Assembly: GCF_900232105.1 (NCBI RefSeq)
Contig: NZ_LT934425.1
Location: 3,720,001-3,752,000, forward strand
Direction of reading: 5' to 3'
Length of the DNA: 32,000 nucleotides
From: Candidatus Kuenenia stuttgartensis
GTDB taxonomy: Bacteria; Planctomycetota; Brocadiia; Brocadiales; Brocadiaceae
The first letter of the stretch is position 1, and each line of letters opens with the position of its first letter. The notes beneath the pieces were generated by a model. That model was not told the origin of the DNA. It did not search any database and was given only the letters and a program-made list of their open reading frames with translations. The position numbers were made by a program, and so were the translations under genes. Positions 1 to 8,343 of this stretch are shown here, one piece after another.

Positions 1-1
1 T

Positions 2-952
2 CAGGATGCACGGAAATTATATTTACAACCGGTAGACGAAAATGATCAACCTACGGGCGAAGAAACCATTGAGAGAATATTATGGAGTGAAGATACATAT
101 CGCGAATGGAGATTTAGCGGTTATAGCGGATTGGAAGAAGATTATCCGGTAAACAATTATGCAGGGCGGGCGCTGCAGTGTCAGGATTGCCATATGAAAG
201 ACCCACCCCCTGACCCCGCAACGGGCAAATCTATTGCAAATTATAAAGAGGTCACAGATTCATTTTATATGTTGTCCGAAGACAAAAAGCAGTCGGGGAC
301 CAGCCGCGACCCCAGAACCATATATCCTCACCATTTTGAAGGAACCAATCAAAACCTTCCGGTTGGCGAAAAGAAACGATATCTTGATTGGGCGGTGGAT
401 CTTTCAGTTTCGAATGCCAGTGTCACTGATGGTATTGTCAGTTTTGATGTGGATGTGAAAAATTCACATACGGGTCATGCTTACCCATCCGGTGTTACGC
501 AACGAAATGTCGTTTTATATGTGGAAGTAACGCAAACAGGAAATTCTCTTAGTCAAACCAATGATCAAGTCGTTGATACCCCGGGAGGAAATTTCCCGAA
601 TGGCTATTATAATGGTGAAGGAGACTATGCAGGGAAGTCGGGCAAAATATTCATAAAACATAACAGGATGCTTGAAGATAACAAGGATCTGGATCCTTTT
701 TTCAATGATATATTGTATGCCTTTGCCGTTGAGGAATTGTACGATACGCGCATCAAGGCGAATGAGACAGACACCACACACTATGAGTTCCAAACACTGG
801 ACAACAGCACAATAACCATCACTGCAAGGCTTATTTACCGCTTTTATCCGAAAGGAACGCTTGAATTTGCGGCGCAAAACGGATATGTGATTTCTTCCCT
901 GGAGGAAAATGATTATGAATCGCATAAAGTGGAAATAACCGTAGAGCCGTAA
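2..952 (+). CDS. Multihaem c-type cytochrome, C-terminal part (5' end outside window)
   Basis: Frame is open from base 2 into the listed 131..952 ORF; contains CQDCHM (CxxCH haem site) and the SHTGHAYPSG block typical of cytochrome c-554-like multihaem proteins. Confidence 0.75.
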   Translation, partial: QDARKLYLQPVDENDQPTGEETIERILWSEDTYREWRFSGYSGLEEDYPVNNYAGRALQCQDCHMKDPPPDPATGKSIANYKEVTDSFYMLSEDKKQSGTSRDPRTIYPHHFEGTNQNLPVGEKKRYLDWAVDLSVSNASVTDGIVSFDVDVKNSHTGHAYPSGVTQRNVVLYVEVTQTGNSLSQTNDQVVDTPGGNFPNGYYNGEGDYAGKSGKIFIKHNRMLEDNKDLDPFFNDILYAFAVEELYDTRIKANETDTTHYEFQTLDNSTITITARLIYRFYPKGTLEFAAQNGYVISSLEENDYESHKVEITVEP

Positions 953-1525
953 AATGGATATCCGTGAAGGTGCGTTACTGAACAAAAAAATTAAGAACAA
1001 ATTCGAATGTCGAATCACGAAATTCAAGACAAATACTAAATTAAAATGTTTGAATGCCCAAAACATTGCAATTATCGGGATTTTTCAAAAAACTCTTTGC
1101 GGGTTCAGAAGCGCCACATACATTTTATGGTTAAATTGCCTATATAAAACGTGGGGTTCAGGTCACAGACCTGAACCCGCTTGGAGATCGCATAAATTGG
1201 AAATAACTGTAGAGCCGTAAAATGGATACCAAGGATTTACATATTTTAAATAAAATCCATTACAAGGGGTGGCACGGACAAACTCTGTTTGTCCGTGATT
1301 TTTCCGTGGAGTAGTTTCTTGGATCTGATTCAATTGTCCAAAATTGAACCGAAACTTTTTGCACTGTTTATGGTTTTTTTCACGGCTTTTTACCATTCAC
1401 AGCCAATGGTACTGTAAAAAACATCCGGTTCAATCTGAAAACAGGAAGGATACAAAGTGTTTGTAAAAGATGGATATATCTGTTACTATTTTTACTTTTC
1501 AACGAAGACAAAGGGATTGTCGTAA

Positions 1526-1996
1526 ATGAAACGGAATGTTGCCTTATTAATGATCACTTTTTTTGCTTTCATAGCACTTGCCGGTTGCGCTACAGGACAA
1601 TGGGGACGAAGGAATTTAACCAATGTTTCACGGTATGTCAACGGCGATGCAGCATCGGTTTGGGAGGCGGTTGATCAGGCGCTTATTGGAATACGCGTGA
1701 AAGAGAAGAATGTAGAAAAAGGACTTCTGATAACTGACTGGGTTAGTGGCTATTCCACAACACAGAACATGGGAGTGCTTTTGGAGGGGCGATGGCACGA
1801 ACGTTACCGTTTATTCATTACCGTTGTGCCGGAGCAAAACAAAACCTATCTTTCGATAGGATCTCAGGTGGAACAGAAGGCTCCTGGCGGAACGCGCGCG
1901 TATCGCTGGGACCGCATTCCGTCAAATGGACTCCCCGAACAAATGATCCTTGATAGGGTTGAACAGATTCTTAGTGCAATGGAGCAGGCACCTTGA
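1526..1996 (+). CDS. Predicted lipoprotein (156 aa)
   Basis: N-terminal hydrophobic signal with lipobox LAGC; no further family recognised. Confidence 0.65.
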   Translation: MKRNVALLMITFFAFIALAGCATGQWGRRNLTNVSRYVNGDAASVWEAVDQALIGIRVKEKNVEKGLLITDWVSGYSTTQNMGVLLEGRWHERYRLFITVVPEQNKTYLSIGSQVEQKAPGGTRAYRWDRIPSNGLPEQMILDRVEQILSAMEQAP

Positions 1997-2012
1997 AACA
2001 TTTAATTGCAAT

Positions 2013-2085
2013 GTAGGGGCGAAGCATTTGTTGTAAATTGTCATAAATGCGTTCATACCCAAACGGGCAAATGCTTCACCGCTAC
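2013..2085. repeat. 73-bp REP-like element, copy A
   Basis: GTAGGGGCGAAGCATTTG...CAAATGCTTCACCGCTAC with interior TAAATTGTCATAAATGCGTTCATACCCAAACGGG shared with copies at 4478 and 14722. Confidence 0.85.
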
Positions 2086-2171
2086 CGTGCTCTCCAATGT
2101 GTCAATATTAGCTTTTTTAAATCGGTTTGAGGCCCCGCTTCGCCGGATATTTTCCGATAGGATAGTTTATC

Positions 2172-3923
2172 ATGAATAAAAATGTATTTTTTCAGTTCAG
2201 CCTTTACGTTTCACTGATCTTGTTGGTGTCTTTTGCCGGCAAGGTTTTTTCTCAGGAAGGGGAAGCGGAACCTGCAGAAAATTTTCAAATGGACGTGTAT
2301 CTTACCCAGGAAGAGGCGCTTAAACTGGTTTTCCCGAAGAGCGATGAAATAGTAACCGACGAATTTATTATGACTCCGGAAGAAAAACAGCATCTGGAAC
2401 AGTTATTAAAAAGGCGTATCTTTGAGGATGGTTTTATCGTATATATTGGAAAGAAAAATAATGAAATCCAGGGATATGCGATCATAACAGAAGAGATAGG
2501 CAAGTTTCACCCGTTTACCTTTATTGTTGGAGTAAAACCAAACGGGAAGATAAGCGAGGTCGCCGTGCTTGTCTATCGGGAAAGCCGCGGGGGAGAGATT
2601 GCAAGGAAACGTTTTCTCCACCAGTTTTCAGGCAAATCATTCAAAAATTCAATCAGGACCAACAAAGACATCATTAATATCACCGGTGCTACCATGTCAG
2701 TTCAATATATGTGCGCCGGTGTAAGGAAGGTGCTGGGAGTGATAAATGAATATTATCTGAACGGCAAGAGGGAGGTAAACGTTAAGAAACAGGGCAATAC
2801 CCTGGTAAAACTTAATGGAGATGGCACGTTTAATGATAAAAAAATGCAATCGTCTGAGGGCGTGGCGCATCGCAATTTCAATGAAGAACAGAGCAAAAAA
2901 GGGGATGAAGCTTCCGGGAAAAAACTCGTAAAAGAAACGAGAATGATTATGGGTACTTTCGCTGAGATATCCACCTATTCCAATGATGTGAAGAATGCAG
3001 GTGCAGCAATTGACGCCGCGCTGAATGAAATGGAGCGAATGGACGCACTTTTAAGCAATTACAAAAAAGACAGCGAACTTTCCAGGGTGAATAGGGAAGC
3101 GGCAAAGGCTCCTGTTCCATGCTCTGAGGAATTCCTGGAATTTATTGAACAATCACTTTTTTTTAGCGAGTTAAGCGGCGGGGCGTTTGATATTACCGTT
3201 TCTCCCATAGTTTCGTTATGGGGGTTCTTTAATGAGAAGGGACATATTCCCTCTGATGAAGAAATTAACAGGCTTTTGCCGTCTGTATCGTATAAAAATA
3301 TAGAGATAAAAAGAAACGGAGATAAGAAAAAACCAGGCACGGTGTTTTTTAAACATATATCAACGCAAATAGACCCGGGCGCTATTGGGAAAGGATATGC
3401 CGTAGACAAGGCGTTGAACGTATTAAAGAAATATGGCATTGACAATGCCTGTATTAATCTGGGCGGCAATATATATGTATTGGGGGTTTCTGACGGGAAA
3501 GACGCCTGGAGGGTTGGCATACAGCATCCTAGATATAAAAATGAAATACTGGGATATTTGGAGCTTAAGGATGAAGCAACTGCGACGTCGGGCGATTATG
3601 AACGATTCTTTGAAATTAATGGCGTCCGGTATTCACACATAATTGATCCACGGACAGGGAAGCCTGTAAACGGAACAATTGCTGTGACAATAATTGCTCC
3701 ATCCGGAACGGATGTTGATGCGCTTTCTACAAGTGTATATGTTTTGGGACAAGAAAAAGGACTGAAATATTTACGTGAGATTCCCGGTGCTGAGGCATTG
3801 ATTGCGTGTGAGAAGGGCGGGAAAATTGTATTGTATGCAACCCGTGGTTTTAATGAAAAATTTACAAGAGTTGAAAATGAAGGAAAAACCGATGTCACGT
3901 GGCATGTGGTCTCTGCCAATTAG
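2172..3923 (+). CDS. apbE: Fusion of an FMN-binding (RnfG/NosR/NqrC-type) domain and ApbE-like FAD:protein FMN transferase
   Basis: N-terminal signal/anchor; INITGATMS flavinylation-like motif; C-terminal ApbE blocks MGTFAEI, ISPIVSLWGF, DPGAIGKGYAVD, NLGGNIYVLG, YSHIIDPRTGKPV, DVDALSTSVYVLG. Confidence 0.85.
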   Translation: MNKNVFFQFSLYVSLILLVSFAGKVFSQEGEAEPAENFQMDVYLTQEEALKLVFPKSDEIVTDEFIMTPEEKQHLEQLLKRRIFEDGFIVYIGKKNNEIQGYAIITEEIGKFHPFTFIVGVKPNGKISEVAVLVYRESRGGEIARKRFLHQFSGKSFKNSIRTNKDIINITGATMSVQYMCAGVRKVLGVINEYYLNGKREVNVKKQGNTLVKLNGDGTFNDKKMQSSEGVAHRNFNEEQSKKGDEASGKKLVKETRMIMGTFAEISTYSNDVKNAGAAIDAALNEMERMDALLSNYKKDSELSRVNREAAKAPVPCSEEFLEFIEQSLFFSELSGGAFDITVSPIVSLWGFFNEKGHIPSDEEINRLLPSVSYKNIEIKRNGDKKKPGTVFFKHISTQIDPGAIGKGYAVDKALNVLKKYGIDNACINLGGNIYVLGVSDGKDAWRVGIQHPRYKNEILGYLELKDEATATSGDYERFFEINGVRYSHIIDPRTGKPVNGTIAVTIIAPSGTDVDALSTSVYVLGQEKGLKYLREIPGAEALIACEKGGKIVLYATRGFNEKFTRVENEGKTDVTWHVVSAN

Positions 3924-4428
3924 CAATAAGATATTTTTTACATTTTTCCTGGCCATAATTACCGTCGCCATTGGGGTAGGTTTTTGGATAGCGTATGACA
4001 AGACGGGTTTTTCTCCGGCGAAAACGGTGCGCTATTATTGTGGCGATGAAGGGGGAGAATTTGATCCGAATCAATCTCAGGAAGAATACCTGGAGAGCTT
4101 AAAGGAAGGTATTTATTTTCCCAAGTCGTACAGAGAACTTTTAGGAGTAACCCACGCCCATATTTTCTCAATACCCATTGTCGTTTTTATCCTTTCCAGG
4201 ATGCTTGCAATGACGCAATTGCGTGATTGGTTAAAGATTGCCGTTTACAGCGGCTCTTTAGCAGGGATCATCATGAACCTCGGTGCGCCATGGCTTATAC
4301 GCTATACATCACACCATTTTGTCATACTGTTAACCATTTCCAACATCCTCTTTATCCTTACCTTCGGCGCATACATCTTTTTCCCCCTCTACGATATGTG
4401 GTTTTATCGTGGGCAAATAAAAAAGTAA
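3892..4428 (+). CDS. Multi-pass membrane protein, likely translationally coupled to the ApbE fusion gene
   Basis: About four hydrophobic segments, His-rich HAHIFSIP and RYTSHHFVI; likely start ATG at 3892 with upstream AAGGA, overlapping the preceding stop. Confidence 0.65.
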   Translation: MSRGMWSLPISNKIFFTFFLAIITVAIGVGFWIAYDKTGFSPAKTVRYYCGDEGGEFDPNQSQEEYLESLKEGIYFPKSYRELLGVTHAHIFSIPIVVFILSRMLAMTQLRDWLKIAVYSGSLAGIIMNLGAPWLIRYTSHHFVILLTISNILFILTFGAYIFFPLYDMWFYRGQIKK

Positions 4429-4477
4429 CAGGCAACACAGACAGACAAACAGCTACAGCACGACAATACCTGAGACA

Positions 4478-4550
4478 GTAGGGGCGAAGCATTTGCTATA
4501 AATTGTCATAAATGCGTTCATACCCAAACGGGCAAATGCTTCGCCCCTGC
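4478..4550. repeat. 73-bp REP-like element, copy B
   Basis: GTAGGGGCGAAGCATTTG...CAAATGCTTCGCCCCTGC; interior shared with copy A. Confidence 0.9.
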
Positions 4551-4671
4551 TTTTTTAAAAGACTAATGTGTTACATAAGTTTTGATAATTTGTTAAATCA
4601 AATCCCACTAATGTTCTGGAAACAGAGTTTCCAGTGCAATAAGGCGCTCTCCGACGAATAGTTAGTTGGCT

Positions 4672-6035
4672 CTTCAGGCAAATGAGTGGGTAAATTTTTG
4701 CATTTTTATATCTCTGGTAGCATACAAGTAAGAATTTTTAGCCGAAGATATTCCTCATTTCTCAGACCGTATGCTCTTCTCTGTATCACCCTAATCTTGT
4801 TATTTAAGGCCTTCGACAAAGCCTAATGGGACCTTGTTCTCAGGTCTGCTGTATGCTGCAATGCCATCACAGTGTTTCTCTATCATTTCTGCAAACTTCT
4901 CGTAAGGCTTTAACCGTTGCCACTTCAGCGATTCCTTCCAGTTATCGAAAAACTTCCTTGACCATCCCCCTGTCTTATAGCTCCATAATTGTCCAAAGGA
5001 TTCCTTCAACAGATAGGCAGTGTTGAGCCGTTTGTTTGCCATGAGCAGCTTCTTTAACGCCTTGCGTCCATCAAGGGTGAGGTTCTCTCTGTTTGACAGA
5101 AGCGTATATTTCTGCCCTTTGATATACGAACGTTCTTTACCTGAAAGCCGTGCATATTCCATCTTCCGCACTTTGTCCAACGCTTCCCCAAGATGCCTCA
5201 TTACATGAAACTTGTCATAAAGGATCGCAGCATGAAACGCATTCTCCCTCGTTGACTTCTCAAATGCCTTCCACATATCCATTACTGCCAACCGTATCTT
5301 CTTTACCTTCTTTGCACCAAGCCACTGGTAAAATATATCGAGACTCTCTTTAGACCGATCCTTCCCTCCAAACCAAATCGGTCTTCCACGCTCCAAATCG
5401 CTTACCACTATCCGATAGGTATGCCCTTTCCTTATGGATATTTCGTCTATACCAATTACACGAGGTGCTGCTACTGGATACCTCCGAAGCTGTTTCTTCA
5501 TGTATTCTTTGTCTAATGTCTTCACCGTATCCCAGTCCAGCTTGAACTCCTTCGCCACATCCTTTACGGTCATAGTACGGCACTTCCGTCCTACAGAATA
5601 GGCAAATCGCTTCGTGTAAAAGGGATTGCCCGCAAGCCATTCCAGTTTTTCCCGCTTCACCTTTTTGCACTTCCGACATAATACTCGCCGCACCTCCACT
5701 TCCAGGTAAATCCGTGCATCTCCACAGGATAAATCCCGTACCAGACGCACCTTCTTGTCGTAATGACTCCAATGAATCTTTCCACAACACCCACATCCCG
5801 TTTTTTTTGTGTCCGCTTAAGTCTAATAACACGTGCCTTCGAGTCTCCAAATATCCCCTTAATTTCTGCTCTCGGACTAAACCCGGGGAAACCTATATTC
5901 GTCCAGCAGTCGTCTCTTTTTTTTCATTCAATTAGCATACAGTTTTTTTGCGCATAAAAAACTTCTTTTTTCCCTTATTTTATGCTATGTTGCAGTCAAT
6001 TCATGACTCATTCTTACCCACTCACTTGCCTGAAG
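4672..6035 (-). mobile_element. ISL3-family insertion sequence
   Basis: CTTCAGGCAAATGAGTGGGTAA (4672-4693) pairs 21/22 with TTACCCACTCACTTGCCTGAAG (6014-6035), enclosing an ISL3-type transposase reading frame. Confidence 0.8.
4706..5850 (-). pseudogene. ISL3 family transposase split over three frames
   Basis: Main ORF 4800..5750 (VIGIDEISIRKGHTYRIVVSDLERGR, WSRKFFDNW, VPLGFVEG); the C-terminal NNKIRVIQRRAYGLRNEEYLRLKILTCMLPEI is readable one frame away down to 4706; the N-terminal part is probably in the 5350..5850 ORF frame. Confidence 0.8.
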
Positions 6036-6128
6036 CAAAACATTTGTATAACAACTTTTTTCCGATTGACACAACATATTATGTGAAGTCGAAAAGTTAA
6101 CTCTGCTGGGCTTTTCTATGAATATTTT

Positions 6129-6395
6129 TTGTTGAAAACTCTGAATTTCGAAGAAATGAATTCTGATTCAGCGGTTCCGGGTCTTAATAGAAACATTGCG
6201 CTTTCCACGGAAATCAAAATAGCACCTTATGAAAGGCTTAAAGATTTTAACCGCCAATGTGCCCCTTATCTTGAAAAAATAGATATAAATAATAAACAAA
6301 TCCGTATCCTCGAAAAACTACGCGATTTACTGTTACAGAAATCAATGAGTGGCAAAGTAAGGTTCAATTTGAAGAAAATTAAGGCTTCTGATTAA
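6129..6395 (+). pseudogene. hsdS: C-terminal remnant of type I restriction-modification specificity subunit
   Basis: NNKQIRILEKLRDLLLQKSMSGKVRF resembles the HsdS C-terminal helix/tail (LxxLRDxLLPKLxSGEVRV); the ISL3 element lies immediately upstream. Confidence 0.7.
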
Positions 6396-6410
6396 TGGAC
6401 AGGTTGAAAA

Positions 6411-6932
6411 TTGAAAAAATATAATCCAAAAATACATCATCGTCAGTCAATCAGATTAAAAGAATACGATTATTCACAGGAAGGATTCTATTTTATTACG
6501 ATATGCACGAATCACTATGTATGTTTATTCGGCAAAATATACGATGGTAAAATGGTATTGAATAATGCGGGAAACATAGCAGAAGAATGTTGGTTAGATA
6601 TTCCAAAACATTATCCGAATACCATTTTACGTGAATATGTGATTATGCCGAACCATGTACACTGGATTATCGAAATCGTTGCACATGTAGGGGCGAATAA
6701 TTATTCGCCCCTACAAAACGGCACGTCCAAAACAATCGGCGCCATAGTGCGGGGATTTAAAATTGGCGTAACAAAATGGTTTCGGAAAAATACAAACGTA
6801 CATACGGTATGGCAACGTAATTATTACGAACATATTATACGCAACGAACAATCATATTATAAAATTTCAGAATACATTATCAATAATCCCTCTCATTGGC
6901 TAACTGATAAATACTATGAACAAAATTTCTGA
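6411..6932 (+). CDS. REP-associated tyrosine transposase (RAYT; Y1_Tnp/IS200-like HUH)
   Basis: YFITICTNHYVCLFG, YVIMPNHVHWIIEI (HUH), WQRNYYEHIIRNEQSYYKISEYIINNPSHW. Confidence 0.9.
   Translation: MKKYNPKIHHRQSIRLKEYDYSQEGFYFITICTNHYVCLFGKIYDGKMVLNNAGNIAEECWLDIPKHYPNTILREYVIMPNHVHWIIEIVAHVGANNYSPLQNGTSKTIGAIVRGFKIGVTKWFRKNTNVHTVWQRNYYEHIIRNEQSYYKISEYIINNPSHWLTDKYYEQNF
6687..6714. repeat. Perfect 28-bp palindrome GTAGGGGCGAATAATTATTCGCCCCTAC inside the RAYT ORF
   Basis: Directly read; encodes in-frame VGANNYSPLQ and shares GTAGGGGCGAA with the REP-like elements. Confidence 0.95.
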
Positions 6933-7833
6933 AAATACCATCGAACAATTCGCCATCGAACTGCTCGAAAAATCAGGCTATCAATACGTCTATGGCCCCG
7001 ATGTTGCGCCCGACAGCGTAACACCTGAGCGACAGTCTTTTGAGGATGTTCTTCTCATTGAGCGGCTTACTGCCTTCGTGGTCCGCATCAATTCGAATGT
7101 CCCTGCGGATGCAAGGGAAGATGCGATAAAGTAATTGCTTTGTCTCAATTTACCCGATCTCATATCGAACAATGAAACTTTTCACCGGATGCTAACCGAA
7201 GGCATTAAGGTAAGCTACCAGAAAGATGGTAGCAGCCGTGGCGACCTCGTATGGCTTATTGATTTCAACTCCCCGGAGAACAACGACTTTTTGGTGTTGA
7301 ATCAGTACACGGTAATCGAGAACCACGTCAACAAAAGGCCTGATGTAGTTCTTTTCGTAAATGGATTACCGCTGGTAATTATCGAGCTAAAGAATCCTGC
7401 CGATGAAAACGCTACTGTTCACTCCGCCTTTCAGCAGATACAAACCTACAAGCAGGCGATTCCCGGATTGTTTACATACAACGGTTTCATCGTTATTTCA
7501 GATGGGCTGGAGGCCAGGGCAGGTACAATTTCCGCCGCTTTCAACCGTTTTATGGCGTGGAAGACGGCTGACGACAAGGTTGAAGCCTCGCCTCTTATTG
7601 GTCAGCTTGAGACACTCGTCAAGGGTCTGTTGAATAAGACTACTCTCTTAGACCTTGTCCGGCATTTTATTGTTTTTGAAAAATCCAAAAGAGAGGACAG
7701 AGAAACCGGTATTATCACTATACAGACAGTAAAGATACTTGCAGCGTATCATCAGTATTATGCGGTGAACAGGGACGTTGAATCAACGATTAGGGCGGCT
7801 GGGTATGTACCCACCCCTAGCCCCTCCCGATAG
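6916..7833 (+). pseudogene. hsdR: Type I restriction endonuclease R subunit, N-terminal part with in-frame stop and truncation
   Basis: ORFs 6916..7134 and 7135..7833 are in the same frame separated only by TAA at 7132-7134; SEDVLLIERL-like start, LPDLISNNETFHRMLTEGIKV, VNKRPDVVLFVNGLPLVIIELKNP (PD-ExK region), FNRFMAWKT; no helicase domain follows. Confidence 0.85.
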
Positions 7834-8032
7834 GGGAATATAATTTTAGACCCCTTCCAGGGGTGGAACAGAATCTCTGATCCTTCTCAGGAGGGGAACA
7901 TAGTTTCCGGCCTTTACAGGGTGGGGAATACAGATTCTCGATCCTCCCATGAAAACGACAAAACAAAAAGTCTCCTTTGTGTTGAGGGAAGAACAAAAAG
8001 TCCCCTCCTGGGAGGGGATTCAGGGGGTGGGT
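7809..8032. repeat. GC-rich degenerate repeat segment interrupting hsdR
   Basis: Starts ACCCACCCCTAGCCCCTCCC and ends GGGAGGGGATTCAGGGGGTGGGT (near inverted repeats), with several internal AGGGGTGGAAC / AGGAGGGGAAC / AGGGTGGGGAA units. Confidence 0.6.
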
Positions 8033-8128
8033 GGAAAGAGAAAAATCCTTTCCTATAATCCAAAACTCAAGGAGTTGGCAGGAAAACTGAGAAAAAATAT
8101 GACGCTTTCAGAAACTTTGCTAATGTAA
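7949..8128 (+). pseudogene. N-terminal fragment of a DUF559-type (VSR-like endonuclease fold) protein
   Basis: Hand translation MKTTKQKVSFVLREEQKVPSWEGIQGVGGKRKILSYNPKLKELAGKLRKNMTLSETLLM*; the YNPKLKELAxKLRKNMTLSExLL block is typical of DUF559 proteins. Confidence 0.6.
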
Positions 8129-8241
8129 CCTTTGCGCTTGCCCTGTTCGTCATAAACGTCATAATACTGTTGCTCCGTTTGTGATACCGTTGAAGTGCAT
8201 CCGGCAACCAACAAACATGAGGCGATAATTATTGTTTTCAT
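8053..8241 (-). CDS. Small predicted lipoprotein (62 aa), possibly truncated
   Basis: MKTIIIASCLLVAGCTS lipobox; C-terminal half is antisense to the DUF559-like fragment. Confidence 0.35.
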   Translation of the reverse strand: MKTIIIASCLLVAGCTSTVSQTEQQYYDVYDEQGKRKGYISKVSESVIFFLSFPANSLSFGL

Positions 8242-8343
8242 GGTGTCCCCTTAAAAAAGGTACGGTAAAAGTACGGCAGTAAGCTACTAACGGAAAATAC
8301 AAGCTGCCTTGAATACCAATACATATAAGGCTTTTCCGGTGAT

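Noticed and set aside
515-1066. 183-aa minus-strand ORF
   Set aside because: Antisense to the cytochrome gene and intergenic repeats, with no recognisable domain.
954-1220. ORF ending WRSHKLEITVEP, similar to the cytochrome C-terminus
   Set aside because: Only the last codons come from a duplicated gene end; the rest is intergenic repeat text, so it is not called as a gene.
3802-3891. Upstream extension of the membrane-protein ORF (MRVRRAGKLYCMQ...)
   Set aside because: Lies inside the ApbE coding region; ATG at 3892 with a nearby AAGGA is a better start.
4616-4634. Small hairpin CTGGAAAC-AGA-GTTTCCAG before the ISL3 element
   Set aside because: 8-bp arms with no T-tract; too weak to assign as terminator or element.
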